Assembly: GCA_951406725.2 (NCBI GenBank) | Contig: OX597818.1 | Span: 42,408,001 to 42,472,000 of the forward strand | DNA from: Octopus vulgaris | Lineage: Eukaryota | Length of the DNA: 64,000 nucleotides | Direction of reading: 5' to 3' | In this document: positions 21,987 through 36,800 of the stretch, in pieces | Layout: each line of letters opens with the position of its first letter | Numbering within the stretch: position 1 is the first letter of the stretch | The notes under the pieces: model-generated | The model's database searches: none | Told to the model about the DNA's origin: nothing | Seen by the model: only the letters and a program-made list of their open reading frames with translations | Program-made: the position numbers and the translations under genes

Positions 21987-22493
21987 TACTATTTAAGAAG
22001 AGTGGTCCCGGTGCGCACACTCGCGCTTCCTCGCTAGCTAGTCGTGACTAGTCGCTCCTTACTTTGTGTTTTTGTTTTTACTTTGTTTAAAAAATTATTG
22101 CGCCTTGGATACCAATTCCTGGATTTTTACACCTACGGATTACTGTTACCATCCTTCCGGAGTACGCCACTGAAATCGTGATTGGATATATATATATATA
22201 TATATATCCATACGGGATCTTTTCGGACCTAGAAATTATGTTACAAACTGCCGTTCAAACCGAAAAGATCCCGTATGGATATATATATATATATATACTA
22301 TTTAAAAAGAGTGGTCCCGGTGCGCGCACTCGCGCTAGCTAGTCGTGACTAGTCGATCCTACAACGACTACCTAGCAAAGTAAATAAAACACAATTTTTA
22401 AACAAAGTAAAAAGAAAAACACAAAGTAAGGATCGACTAGTCACGACTAGCTAGCGAGTGCGCGCACCGGGACCACTCTTCTTAAATAGTACC
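21985..22493. mobile_element. MITE related to the foldback element, inserted in (TA)n
   Basis: ~110-bp TIRs GGTACTATTTAAGAAGAGTGGTCCCGGT...; extra internal TIR copy at ~22296-22345; internal 26-bp inverted repeat 22201-22285. Confidence 0.85.
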
Positions 22494-22529
22494 ATATATA
22501 TATATATATATATATGCGTGTGTCCATGC

Positions 22530-22767
22530 ACAATGATCTGTTTATAATGATCAAATGTTCGTGCCGCACATTAGCTCACTCTCTCCATCAAATCGGCGTT
22601 GTCTGAACAGGTGCACTGTGTGTCACGCGTCAGGTGTCGAAGTGATCGCAGAGCAACGTGTGATAAAGTGTTTTGCTCAAGAACACAAAGCACCACCCGG
22701 TCTAGGAATTGAAATCACGATCTAGCGATCCTGAGCGCAATACTCTAACCACTAAGCCATGCGCTCC
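22530..22767 (-). mobile_element. tRNA-derived SINE (older family)
   Basis: Minus strand begins GGAGCGCATGGCTTAGTGGTTAGAG (A box) with a TTCAATTCC B-box-like motif. Confidence 0.6.
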
Positions 22768-23519
22768 TTTCCCGGTATACACACGCGCGCGGCGTACTTC
22801 CGCGCAGATTCCATCTAAATTCACTCACAAGACATTGGTCAGCTCGGGATTGCTGAAGGTGCCATGCAGTGGGACTGCCTGAACTCGAAATCATGTGGTG
22901 TTTGAAACATCAATGCTACGTAATCTGCGTTCTCTCCAAAACGTTTTTTGCTACAAAATATCAAAGAGAGATATTTTTATACATATAATGGTAATTTATC
23001 CTCTCCGCAATGTATCTGCAATACTTCATAAAAATGTATGCATTTCTAAGAAGGTTATGAGGAAACAAAACAGAGCACTGATCTGTAGTTATACACATGC
23101 ACAACAAAGTATCTGAAATATTGTCGGCAAATACCAATATGATTAAATAAAGTATACAATTTAAACGAGTTTTACAACTTTATTATTTATCTTTCGCCAA
23201 GCTTTGATCATTCCATTTATTGTTTTGATTATTTTAACAGGAATTATAATTATTAAACTAAATACATTTTATGTTTTGCAACGGAATAACAACTGTTCGA
23301 GATTGCTAATGAAACTCAATCTTTCAGATGAATTTTTCTGCGAGAGATTGTCGGAAATTGTTTTATAAGTTACCATTGTCATTGTTTAGTTCAAGGTTAG
23401 TCCTAATCCAGCAAAACTATGATCAAAGACATTCTAACCGTGGTCATCTTACTGTACTCAGATACACTGCCTTTAAAACTACGTTACCTATTTTCATTAA
23501 GATTTGGTGTTAGGAGGCT

Positions 23520-23686
23520 ACTCGATTACATCGACTCCAGTACTCAACTGGTATTTATTTCATTGACTCCGAAAGAATGAAAGGCAAAGTCAACCACGGT
23601 TGAATTTGAACTCAGAACGTAACGACAGACAAAATACTTAGAAACATTTTGTCCTGCGTGCTAACGATTCTGCCAGCTCGAGGCCT
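23520..23686 (-). mobile_element. SINE family A, diverged
   Basis: GAAAGGCAAAGTC...TTTGAACTCAGAACGTAA...GCCAGCTCG. Confidence 0.7.
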
Positions 23687-26215
23687 TTATATTGTAGTTT
23701 AATGATAGTTTTGTTTCCTCGATATGTATTATGAATCTGTTTTAGCGTTGTTGAAAGAGATTAAGTCTTCGAAATCAGTATTGCAAAATGTTTTAATGAT
23801 ATCCTAGTCAGTGAAAATGAGTAAAGCCTTCCAAAGTGATGCTGTTAAGCCTCAGATTTAACCTGACCAATAGTGTCTTCAGGCATGGGTACACTAGGCA
23901 GTTACTCAGGGGCCCTACAGGTTTAGGAACTCAATGCTTTATGTATGCCGTGGTCTGTAGTTTGCTGCTTATAAATAAATGTAGAGTCCACAGTGTATTG
24001 CTTTGCTCAGAGACCCATAGAGTTGTTAAGATTGCCCTTGGTAGATCTATGGCCAAAAGTGTTAAACCTACGACCACTTGCCTTTTATTCAAACGTTATT
24101 TAACTAATACTACATTACCCAACGCAGTCTTTTAAGATGGAGAAATTTGCTGCTATTTCTAGGTTCATGCAATGACTAATTACCTTGCTAGTTCGACATA
24201 AAACAGTTTGTTAAGGAGGTAGCAAAAATAGACTAGTAAATGTAAAACAGAATGAAAGCTGACTTAATAATGTCACTGTTCCTTAAAATAGACTGATTTG
24301 TAGGAATACGTTCCAGTAAAAGCTTGTAAGGGAGCACTTTTAATTCGAAACTATTCATGCTATACACGACTGACAAGCATTGATGATGCCTAAAATAAAA
24401 GTTGTTTCCATCAAACTTCTCCGAGCATGGGAACATTCAAGTTGATGAGTCTCGTGAACCACCTAGGTAGTGGTCAATTCGAATTCTTGCAATAGTGTTT
24501 GTTCATTAAGAGCTAAACGACTCAGTTCACCGGTACCATAAAGTTGTATAATGTACGACCATCCTCCTCTCTCAAGCATGTACCATGCTTTCGCTATTTG
24601 TTTTAAGTACCTAGGTCGTCCCGAGCAGACATCGACATCCTCTCAGCTTCTTCACCCTTGACCCAAAGGCGCACCCAGATATGACAACTGGAAGGAGAAT
24701 GGTGCATCGATACTCGGATAGAACTTACGGCTTCTCAAAGACACAACCTGTCATCCGGTCCAGCGATTGAATCCATGACATTATCGTCATAAACTAAACA
24801 CCTTAACCACTACGCCACTCACCGCTACAAAGTTGAAACGGCATCAGCATAGTAAAATTGACGAGTACTATGTTAGCTTCATATATATATAATTTTAAAC
24901 GGAAAAGTAGTACCCATTACCCTGTTACAGGGCCTCCATAACTGAAGGGAGGGAATGAGGAAGATATAATGAAACCAGAGGCCTTGCTTGAATGCTTTCA
25001 ACGTAGTAGACTCCGCTAAATGCCCTTAGAGTGCCAAATGGTAGTGATAAACCGAACGACCAGGTATGCTATGGCAGGATTTGAACTCGGAATGCAAAAG
25101 GTCAGAACAAATACCGCAAGGCATCTGCTTAACCGTTCTTACATTTTCACAAAATCACCGCCCTAGATTGGTGGTTTTTGTTTCTTTTTTACCGATCCCG
25201 AAAGAATAAAAGGTTAAGTTGACCTCGGCAGAATTTGAATTTATATTACTGAATTCATTACAGGACGAGGAACTTCGTGTACTTAAATACCCCTTTCGGT
25301 CACAAATGACAATGAGATCGCAACTAGAAAGTTCCCATCTGAGGCACAAGTCCAGGCAAGGTTGTCTGTGAAAGTTGCCCATGCATACAAGGCAAAGGCA
25401 CCAGTAAAGTCGCAACTCATTTCTGTAACCGAGTGAACCAGAGCAACGCGAAACAAAATGTCTTGCTCAAGAACACAACAAACAGCTCGGCTGGGAATCG
25501 AACTCACAATCTTATGATTGTAAGCCCAACGCTCTGACCACCGATCTATGGGATGCTTACGTACTTATCGTCATTGAAATCGGAGGTGAACATCGACCAC
25601 CCAGGAAAGTAACTGATAAACGTTGCCGAGTAATAGGCTATTCTTTTGTTAAATACACTATTAAGTTTCAAATGAATCTGAATTTGTTTCTCGCAGTAAA
25701 CAATATATTTACAATAGTCAGAGAAACCTGGTGGTGCATGTAATACGTTAGTAATTAGCAGGTTTTCGGAGATAATTACATTAACTTTATGTCAGCCCTG
25801 ATTAAGCGTATATATGATTAAAAGCAATCTGATTGCGACCGCCCCACCTTTTTTTTTCTTTGCAAGCCTAGCTTAACAAAAAGTACATAATCCAATGCAA
25901 TCATCTTTCTTTTTTCTCTCAGTTCAATAAGGTGTGATTTAAGGAAATGTTGGGCAGACTTACGATCAAAGACAATCTAACCAACTTATCCAGTGTCCTT
26001 CCTTTTTAAGACTGTTGGTTGTGATATGAAGGAGATTTGGCTACTATCTTTAGCAGACTCCTTAGTTGGTTCGTGCCCCTCCCCCAAATCCTTTAGTTGT
26101 CTTATGCATTAGAATGTCGTAAGTAAAAATTGCAAAATAAATTCTTTATATACATGTATGAAATATTTGAGATTTGCAGGGTAAGAGAAATTTAATGTTC
26201 TGCTACGTGTGTTTC

Positions 26216-26386
26216 CTATTTCTTTACTACCCACAAGGGGACAAACAAGGACAGACAAACGGATTAAGTCGATTATATCGACCCCAGTGCGTAACTGGTA
26301 CTTATTTAATCGACCCCGAAAGGATGAAAGGCAAAGTCGACCTCGGCGGAATTTGAACTCAGAACGTAGCTGCCAGCTCGCCGCCT
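26216..26386 (-). mobile_element. SINE family A with internal deletion
   Basis: Matches family A consensus. Confidence 0.8.
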
Positions 26387-26610
26387 TTGCTACATATGTT
26401 TCCTAAGATCATTAGCTGCAATGTGAAATAGGCTTTTATTTTTGACGTTTTATTTTCAATTGCTCAGTCTGGAGGAAGGGGCGGTATCCATGACTTTTCC
26501 AGGCTGTCCGAAGCCGGCGAGTACGATGCTGTTAATCTTCCGTTTAACCTGTGAACAACGGATCTTTTCGGTTTCATAAACCAGATATAGTGATTGAAAT
26601 CATTAGTTTT

Positions 26611-27302
26611 AGGCGCAAGTGTGGCTGTGCGCAACCACGTAGCTTCGGATCAGTTCTACCGCGCGGCATCTTTGGCAAATGTATCCTGCTATAGCCCCGA
26701 GCCAACCAATGCCTTGTGAGTGAATTTGGTAGACGGAAAATGTGTGGAAGCTTGTTGTATATCTGTATATATATATATCACCGTGACCGACCAGGCTATC
26801 AGATGTTGTTACACATCGCCGGTCACAATGCGCTTCGCATTGTTTTAGCCTTTAAATGACGCCAACCCGCTGGCTAAGCGAGCAGGTCAACAGAAGAAAG
26901 AGTGAGAGAAAGTTGTGGCGAAAGAGTACAGCAGGGATCGCCACCATCCCCTGTCGGAGCCTCATGGAGCTTTAGGTGTTTTCGCTCAATAAACACTCAC
27001 AGCGCCCGGTCTGGGAATCGAAACCGCGATCCTACGACCGCGAGTCCGCTGCCCTAACCACTGGACTATTGCGCCTCCGATATATGTGTGTGTGTGTGCG
27101 CATGCTAGTATCCTTGTGTTTGGTCGTCCCCACCACCGCTTGACAACTGGTGTTGGTTTGTTTACATCCCCGTGACTTAGCGGTTTAGCAAAAGACACCG
27201 ATACAAGTACTACACTAAAAAAATAGTACTATAGTCGATTTGTGCGACTAAACCCTTCGAAGCGGTGCCCCAGCATGGCCGTAGTCAAATGACTGAAACA
27301 TG
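26611..27302 (+). mobile_element. SINE family B interrupted by a minus-strand family C SINE (~26780-27078)
   Basis: GGCGCAAGTGTGGCTGTG head and ...CAAATGACTGAAACA tail, with a nested element in the central (TA)/(TG) tract. Confidence 0.75.
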
Positions 27303-27757
27303 TATAAGATGGAAGACTTCTATAAGAAAGATTCCAGTGGCTCGTCGTTCTGGGAAGTGCGGTGCCTATGGGATTGAACAGAATAAGGATGATAAGCGGA
27401 GGTAGTTAGCTGGGAGTGACAAAGAGGGAGAGAGGAGGAGGAGGAGAGAATATTGGTAGGCCAAGGCAGGGATATGTCTGCGAGTGATTTAATACTAATC
27501 AGAGGGGAAAAGAGAAGGGACAAGCACGATTGTGGGCCAGAGGCAAGAGTGAGTCTGTGAGTGATTTAAGAAACCTGCGAAAATTAGCATGATTTAAAAA
27601 AAAAAATAGGATTGAAAATAAAAGAGTGCGTAACGTCCGTGCATTTTTAAAAAAAAAAAGAAATGACATAAAACTTTAAAGAATCAAAACTACGTTAGGA
27701 ATAGGAAGCCTGAGTTATGTCCCTTAACGTATTTAAGTGATGGTGGGGGGAACTGGA

Positions 27758-27800
27758 CCAATCAGCAAGCAGGAAATAAACGTACGAAATTCAAACGGTC
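27758..27800 (+). promoter_or_regulatory. Candidate G2/M promoter: CCAAT box, inverted CHR (TTCAAA), Myb-like AACGG
   Basis: CCAAT 27758-27762; TTCAAACGG 27790-27798, ~100 bp upstream of the cyclin B3 ATG. Confidence 0.45.
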
Positions 27801-27891
27801 CAGTTTCCTCAGTATATAAACAGTTTACTTGCTGTTCGTGTGTATTGTTGTATTTACATTTGATATATTTTATTTCCTTCAAATCTGAGAC

Positions 27892-30800
27892 ATGGCCACT
27901 CGCAAATTCAAAAGAGATATAGTTCCTCAAACCAAAAGGCCTTCTCTTCGATCTAAAAACGAAGCTCCTGTAAAGGTAAATATTATTTATATACCCGAAA
28001 GCATTCACATATACTCAATGTCGAAATAAATTTGCAACTGCTTAAAAGCTTTATTATATTTTCTTTTTATTCGTTTCAGTTGAAATTATTTTTGGTTTAA
28101 ATGATGTTAATATTCATTGGTTAATATTTAATTTCAAGCCGATATTACAAATATAGCTTTCTGTTTTCCTTTTTTTCTTTTTTACTTGACCGTTGCAAGT
28201 TCATTATCTTCCTTTGAATGAAACCGTTTTAAAAAAATATTCTTTTATGAATTGCTAAGTTGGTCTCTCATTGGTTGTATAATTTCCTGTTTATTCAATA
28301 GCTTTATACATTATATTTTTAATTTTTGTCTCCGTTGAAATTCTGATGTTTTAAATATCATCTCGCGAATGCATTCCTGTAGCTAAATGTTAATTTTAAT
28401 ATTTGGCCCCGAATCAAATCATTCGACTTTGAAATCTGTCTTTTTAAGCCTAGCCTCTTTATAGTCATGAGGTAACGTTTGGGTGAAAGACGTCGTCTAC
28501 AAATACCAAAGGATTAACTTTCGAATATTTTTATGCAAGTAGTTAAAACTTTGTTCGTCTACATTTTAAAAATTTCTAAGTTTTCTTTATTTTATTTTTA
28601 GATTCATTGTGCTGCTGATAATTTAGGTCCCCTAAAACGCACCCGTTCAAAGACTGAAGTCACCCAAGGACCAGACCAGAAACGAAGAGCTGTATTTGGC
28701 GATATTACCAATGTAAGAGAAAATGCACCGACAATTTATTTCATAATTAATAATGAATACACATGAATTGTTATAATGGACAATTACATTTTCACTTTTT
28801 CTACCCCTGCAGAAAAAGAAAAGTACGAAAATAATAGAAAAGGGAAGCAAATTGCCAGTTAAAAAACAAGGTGTAACTAAAATAACAAAATCTACAATCG
28901 TTTTGAAGCCAAAATGCAACCCAAAGCAAGAAGAACCGCAAATTGAAGAACTTACCAAGGCATTACAACCAATTGACTTGGCTCGAGATAACCCAGAATC
29001 TTCTCCAGTTATAATGTAAGTTCCCCTTATTAACATTTATAGGATCTAGTTTTTTATTAGCCAAATAAAAATGATCTATAGTTTAGCTTCAGGTCATTCT
29101 AGTCGTCTTGCCTTTTTATACATCTAGATCAGTGCTTTTCAAACTTTTTGCTGGAGCGGAACCCCAAGGAAACATTCCACTGGCTCGAGGAACCCCTGTG
29201 CAATAATTTAATAGTTTTATGCACACATATCTGCACAGGAGAATTAAAAATTACTGCCGATTTTAGCAGTTTTGTAACTTCTTGCGGAACCCTGGTTGAA
29301 AACCACTGATCTAGATAATGGTGTGTACTTCTTTTCTTAGATTTGAGGGAATTTAGCTGCTATGTCCAACAAGTTGAGAACTCCCTTGTTGGTTTGATAA
29401 CCTCTGCAGTGATCTTGGAGAGAGGTTTCTGTCTGCATACCAGCATGGCAAATGGACATTAAATGATTTTTTTTTTTCCTACTCTTTTTCTTTGTCAACC
29501 CAAATCCTTATGTTTTTTGTTTTTTTTCAAACTGTCATGGTTTGGATGAGACTTGAGACTGTATTTGATCAGTTGCCCTTCTCGATGACAACATTTGTCT
29601 TTGCATATCAAACGATTATGCTGTGGGAAATAACTGTCACTGTTCCCCGTGTCTGTGCAAAGGCTCACGAGGATACACATCCACTCCCTCACTAATCGCA
29701 ATTCTTCCTCGATAGCACTTTCCTACTACCTAGAACCAATTCACTTGCTTCCCATCCTTCATCCATTAGTATTTGCTCCTTCCTTACCACAGTGTCTCAC
29801 CTTCATGCACTATGCCTACCTCTTCCCTGCCTACGCCTGCAACCTACCTAACATCCTGTCATTAGTCTCCTGTCTCCTGTATCATCATTACAAGTCTGCT
29901 GCTCTGTACTGTCAGTCATCTCCTTCCCTTCTAATTCTTACCTTGGTGGTGATTACCTACTTCCCCTTCTTCATCCATTCACCATCTCTCAGATGCTCTT
30001 ACTATTCAGCTGTAACATTCATCCACCTACTACTGATCCTCCTCTCTCTCTCTTTACTCTTTTACTTGTTTCAGTCATTTGACTGTGGCCATGCTGGAGC
30101 ACCGCCTTTAGTCGAGCAAATCGACCCCGGGACTTATTCTTTGTAAGCCCAGTACTTATTCTATTGGTCTCTTTTGCCGAACCGCTAAGTGACGGGGACG
30201 TAAACACACCAGCATCGGTTGTCAAGCAATACTAGGAGGACAAATACACACACACACATATATATATACGACAGGCTTCTTTCAGTTTCCGTCTACCAAA
30301 TCCACTCACAAGGCATTGGTCGGCCTGGGGCTATAGCAGAAGACACTTGCCCAAGATGCCACGCAGTGGGACTGAACCCGGAACCATGTGGTTGGTAAGC
30401 AAGCTACTTACCACACAGCCACTCCTGCGCCTCTCACTTCTGCCTACTTCATACCTCGAAGGTCCACCCTGTCACCTCAACACTTTTTATCACTACTCTC
30501 TCTCATCCTCTGTTCTAAAATATGAGTAGTCATGTAGCTCCTCTTTTTAACTCTCATCTCTTAGCATAAAGCCACCCTCTCAGACTTCAGTCTTGCAAGT
30601 TGCAACCTCACTAGGATTGATGGCAAGAAAAAAAGCACCCAGTACTCTGAAATGGTTGGCATTTGGTAGGGTATCCAGTTGTAGAAACTGCACCAAAGCA
30701 GATACTGGAGCCTGATGAATTTTTGAGCCTATAGAATCCTATCAAACCATCCAGCTCATTAAATTATGACACACACTTGTGCATGTGTATAGCAGGCTTT

Positions 30801-33800
30801 CATACAGTTTCCTTTTGCTTAAATTTAACTTGCATGTCATAAGGATTGATCCTGAAACCTTTTAAAAAAAAAAAAAAAAAAAAGAAAGAAACCCAACATA
30901 TTAACTATGACTGCACCTATTGAATTAAAAATCCTGTTTTTTGTGAGGCTATATCAAACTAATGCGAAGGCGGCGAGCTGGCAGAAATGTTACCACACCG
31001 GGTGAAACGCGTAGCTGTATTTCGTCTGTCATTACGTTCCGAGTTCAAATTCCACCAAGGTCAACTTTGCCTTTTATCATTTCGGTGTCGATAAATTAAG
31101 TACCAATTATGCACTGGGGTCGATGTAATCGACTTAATCCGTTTGTCTATCCTTGTCTGTCCCCTCTGTGTTTAACCCCTTGTGGGTAGTAAAGAAATAT
31201 ATATCAAATATATATAAAGATAAAGCAAGTAAAAAGAATTTGATTTAAAGTTGTAAATGCTTGGAGAATGTATTTCATACTAGCTGTATCGCCCGGCGTT
31301 GCTTGGGTTTGTAAGGGAAATAACTATAAAGCATTTTTAGAGAGTTATAGCAAAAAAATGCATTAAAAATGGGGAAAAAATGATGGTAAATTTTTTTTTT
31401 AAATCGTTGACTCATCGTAGACATTTTTAGAGAGTTACTTCCCTTATATAATAGCGAAAAAATGCATTAAAATGGAAAAAATGATGGTAAATTATTTTTA
31501 AAATCGTAGACGTGCGCTCATACCCAGAAGGGCTCGATATGAATCACGACTATAAGATACCCGGTTTTGGTTAAACTGTACCGCAAAATGTGGGAGTAGT
31601 TAGGAATCTAAATCGTAGGAGACAGACACACAACCTTACTTTTATATATAAAGATTTAGCTGGACTTGGATCACTGCAAGTTCAAATGAATGCCAGTAAT
31701 AGTAGCCTTGTGCATATTTGAGCATTAGATGCAAGCATAGCTGTGTGGTTAAATTCACTTTTTACTCATGTGGGTTTGGGTTTAGTCTGGCACCATGGTC
31801 AGGTGTCTTCTATATTCCTGGGCTGACTTGAGTAGATTTGGTGGATGGTAACTGAAGGAAGCCCATCATAATTGTGTGTTTACTCGCTGGTTGTAAACGA
31901 TGGCTTTACTGACAGTGTTGTCTGCTGCAAAAGTATGGCCAATTTTCTGGACACATTTTGTGCGATCTGTGTAAGCAAAAGGTTTATTCATACAGTGTTG
32001 TTTCCAGTTCTTAACGTAATGTCTGGGAGATAATTACCTCACTTGGTAATAAGTGGGGCTTGGCAACAAGAAGGGAAGGGAATTTAGCTGCAGAAAACTC
32101 AACCCAACATACTTTTGTCTGACTTATGCAAACATGGAAAAGTAGACACTAAAATGATTTTGTTACTTACATTCTAACTAAAATGTGAATCAGATAATAT
32201 ATTTTGCTCCTTTGCAATTTCAAATTGCAATTACATGTAGAATTTTTTTAGATATTGTCGTACAGTGATTAAGGTGTTATAATTTTTTTTTTTTTTTAGT
32301 TTTCACTCAAATCAAATTTAGAAAGGTATTTAGTATAACTTTTCAGTAGCTAATTCTTTCTGATGCTTAGTTCTATGGTAGATCTATGGATTATCTAATT
32401 TCACAAAGTTGCTGCTGCTTAGTGAATTTTACCATACTTCATAACTTGCATCTATCCAAGCAAAGGACTTAGTTTTTTTTTTTTTTTGATTCAGGTATGT
32501 TGCCCATCAATACCATGTAAAATGCCAGTCTCTCAGCTAGTTCTGAATTTTGACTGAGCCATCTGTAGTTTGCTCAATCTCAAGTGGGATAAAATAATTT
32601 TAGTTGTATACTTCAATAACTAATAATCATTTCTGTGAAATCTTTCTCTCTCAAGTTTCTCTCCCCTCTCACTCTCCCCCTCTGTATGTATCTACATACA
32701 CAGATACACACAAATATTTCTTAACAAGGTTGTTAAAGATACCATTTTAAAAAAAAATTTCATCAAAAGTTGTAAGTTTATTATGAATCTCTGTTCTTCA
32801 AATTTCTCTTAAACTTAAAAATAAATATTTTTTTCTGTGAAAGTTTAATAAGTGACTTTCTTCACAGTAAGAATCACCATCTATCTAACGTTATTTTTAC
32901 CATGACCTCTTGCCCAGTACACAAGTAATCTAGACAACTCGCAGATGCTGTCCATCTCCAGTCATTTCAATATATAGTTGAATGGTTACTTTATTACAGC
33001 TATTTTAAAATTCGTTTTATCATTGAGTAATCTGTCATAAGTGAAGTATCTTGAGCAAACAGTACAGTGGCAGCATTCTATCACTGTTTTTTACCGTTTC
33101 TCTCACTGAGTATACTTCCCACTTTTTGCTTTTTCACTCTGTATCTTTTAAAAGAAGTAAGAACAGGATGGAGGTAATTCAGAGAACTGTTACCTCTGTT
33201 GGCCATGAAAGGTTTCATCATCATCGTCGTTTAGCATCTGCTTTCCATGCTGGCATGGGTTGGACAGTTCAACTGGGGTCTGGTAAGCCAGAAGGCTGCA
33301 CCAGGCCTAGTCTAATCTGGCAATGTTTCTACGGCTGGATGCCCTTCCTAACGCCAACCACTCCGTGAGTGTTGTGGGTGCTTTTTACGTGCCACCGGCA
33401 CAGGTGCCAGACGAGGCTGGCAAATGGCCACGATCAGATGGTGCTTCCAAATGACAGGAAGATTGTATGAAGCATGTATACAGACAGCAATTCTACATGA
33501 TAGTGAGACATGGTCCCTGAATGCCGGGGAGATGCAAAATTTAGAGAGGAATGAGGCTAGTATGCTCCACTGGATGTATAATGTAAGTGCTAGTTTTTTG
33601 AGAGAAAAGTTGGGCATAAGAGGAATTAATTGCTGTGTGCAAAAGATGACTGTTCATGGGATGCAGATGGATGCTGACAGCTTCATAAAGAAATGCCAGT
33701 CTCTCAAAGTAGATGAAACATGAAGACATGAGTTGAAGTACTGAAGAACGACCTCAGGATGTTGAACCCTTCATGTGAGATGACAAAGGACCGAAATGCC

Positions 33801-36800
33801 TGATGCCTTGCTGTACTCGAGACCCATACCCTGCAGCAGAAATGTTAAGACCAGTCTCTCAGGTGTAAAGTACTCATGGCATGCCATATAAAAGCACTCA
33901 GGATGCTCTGTAAAGTGATTGGCACTAAGAAGGGCATCTAGCCATAGAAATCATGCTAAAGAGTCTGGTGCAGCTCCCCTTCTTGCCAGTTCTGGTCAAA
34001 CTGTCCAACTCATGCCAGCATGGACAATGAATGTTAAATGATGATGGTGATATTTTCAATGGAAAGAAAATTATGAATCCCTATTGAAATTTCTCTTAAC
34101 ACTTATGAATATTCTTTTTTTTTTTTCTATTGAATTTTATTAAGTTACTTTCTTTACTGTGTTCACTCATAGTCACTTGTATGCTCTCAGAGATGGAATC
34201 TATCCAAGATTTTTGCTGATCAATTTGCTATACCAAGGGGATCTATCAAATATTTTTGTACTTCATTTTTTTTCCTGTATTGCTGTGAATTAAAATATTT
34301 TGGAAATAAAACAAGTGAATCCCTAGTAAATTAAGCAAATTTTTAATGCTTAGATATCTAAAATTGCTTTTTTTTATATTATACTTTGTTTTGTAGAAAT
34401 GGTAACTTATTAGATATTTATTTTATTTTTTTTTAAATTATATTTTATTCTAGAGTTGATCTAGAGCCACCTAAAGTTGAAGAACCAGAAGTACCAAAGG
34501 TAAACTTTAGATCATTTAAAAAATTTTTTTTCTCTGTGCAGATATAGCTTTGCCATTCATTTGTGAGGCTTACAATTTCCCTAAACCCATTATAGTCTTG
34601 TTTTAAAACACAATTGCTATTCATATGGGAACCTCATTGCATTGCTTTTTATACATAAGTAGCAAGCAACAATCACTCCAGATGAATACATGTCCTTAAC
34701 ATATCTAGAACCACATCTTGAAGAGTGTCCTTTCTCTTTAGAACTAGAAAACATTTCAGCCTTAATTACTGACCCACTACAATTCTTGGCTGAGATCAAC
34801 AAAGGAGTATAAGCGCTTACATCTGGGACAGCACTACTGCTACTCAGACATGACTTCCACTGGAGAAAATCCACTTAACTAACTACAAACATGCTCCAGC
34901 TTCTGGTCCACTGACATTGTCTTCTCTCTGCCTTTTCGTGCCGGTGGCATGTAGGAGGCACCATTCGAGCGGGATCATTACCAGCATCACCTTACTGGCA
35001 CCTGTGCTGTTGGCATGTGTAAAAAATTCGAGCGAGTTCGTTGCCACTACCGACTGACTGACTGGCCCCTGTGCCGATGGCATATAAAAGTACCCACTGC
35101 ACTCTCGGAGTAGTTGGTATTAGGAAGGGCATCCAGCTGTAGAAACTCTGCCAGATCAAGACTGGAGCCTGGTGCAGCCATCTGGTTCGCCAGCCCACAG
35201 TCAAAATCGTCCAACCCATGCTAGCATGGAAAGTGGACGTTAAACGGCGATAATATTACAGTATCCTCTTTTCTTTCGAGATGGTTACTCTCATGTTCCT
35301 TCCACTCAGGCACACTTCATCTTTTCTCATTACCTATTTTATGTTCAAGTCCCACACTACTATTCTCAATCCTTTCAGAATGTCAGCCTTTTGGAACTCC
35401 TTCTCTGTCATATCCCTTCTGCAATTGCCAATTTTCAGCAGTCTAAGCAGAATATTAACTACATCAATTTCATCAGCTCTCCAGGTCTGTGAATACTAAG
35501 AGCACTACTCTTTCTTTCAGACCTTGCAAGTAGTGAAAGATAAAATCTAACTTTACAAATTCTGCTGTGTTTTTCTCTGCCATCAGTACAGTTTTTCCTT
35601 TTCATTGAAAGTGCATGACAATTTTTACTAAGCACCCATTGATTTATCTGGGGCCCCATGGCTGTATTAGTATAGTTAAATTTTTTTACATGCACCAGTT
35701 TAATGTGAAAATGCCCTATCAACTCGTACATTTACTTTCATGCAAATTAACAGATCCAGTGGATCATTACTTTTTCTTAAGCTTCTGTAGGTCTATATTC
35801 AAGACTTTGTCTCTCTACCATGCTTTGTATTTCCTACACCTGCTTTTGTATGAAAAAAAAATATATATTGTCGTCTACAGAAGGAAGTTTTAATTTCTTC
35901 TGTTTTCACTTTGCTTTTGCAACATCTACTCTACACTAAGGTAATAAACTTTCAACTATTTCTAGTGAGCTGTCTGTAGTTTATGGGACTTGTTTGTGGA
36001 GGCGCAATGGCCCAGTGGTTAGGGCAGCGGACTCGCGGTTTCGATTCCCAGACCGGGCGTTGTGAGTGTTTATTGAGCGAAAACACCTAAAGCTCCACGA
36101 GGCTCCGGCAGGAGATGGTGGTGATCCCTGCTGTACTCTTTCACCACAACTTTCTCTTACTCTTACTTCCTGTTTCTGTTGTACCTGTACTTCAAAGAGC
36201 CGGCCTTGTCACTCTCTCTGTCACGCTGAATATCCCTGAGAACTACGTTAAGGGTACACGTGTCTGTGGAGTGCTCAGTCACTTACACATTAATTTCACG
36301 AGCAGGCTGTTCCGTTGATTCGGATCAACTGGAACCCTCGTCGTCATAACCGACGGAGTGCTTCCACTATGGGACTTGTTTAACGTGTTTTCCATTTTGG
36401 TATGAGTTGGACAATTTGACAGGGTTTGGCAAGCCACAAGGCTGCATCAAATTCCATTGTCAGCTTTGGTATGGTTTCTTATTTCTTTATTGCCCACAAG
36501 GGGCTAAACACAGGGGACAAACAAGTACAGACAAATGGATTAAGTCGATTACATCGACCTCAGTGCGTAACTGGTACTTAATTTATTGACCCCGAAAGGA
36601 TGAAAAGCAAAGTTGACCTCGTTGAAATTTGAACTCAGAACGTAACGGCAGATGAAATACTGCTAAGCATTTCACCTGGTGCGCTGATGTTTCTGCCAGC
36701 TCGCCTTTGGTATGGTTTCTACAGCCAAATGCCCTTCCTAGTGTCAACCACTTTAGTGTGTATTGGGCACTTTTGTGCCACCAGTAGTAACTCCCTTGAC

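Noticed and set aside
15786-22493. Single Pack-type transposon that captured AKAP7
   Set aside because: The 3-kb element has its own TSD and the outer flanks share no TSD; kept only as a remote possibility
35996-36060. tRNA gene
   Set aside because: A/B boxes belong to a SINE head with body and TSD; the same applies to the other SINE heads
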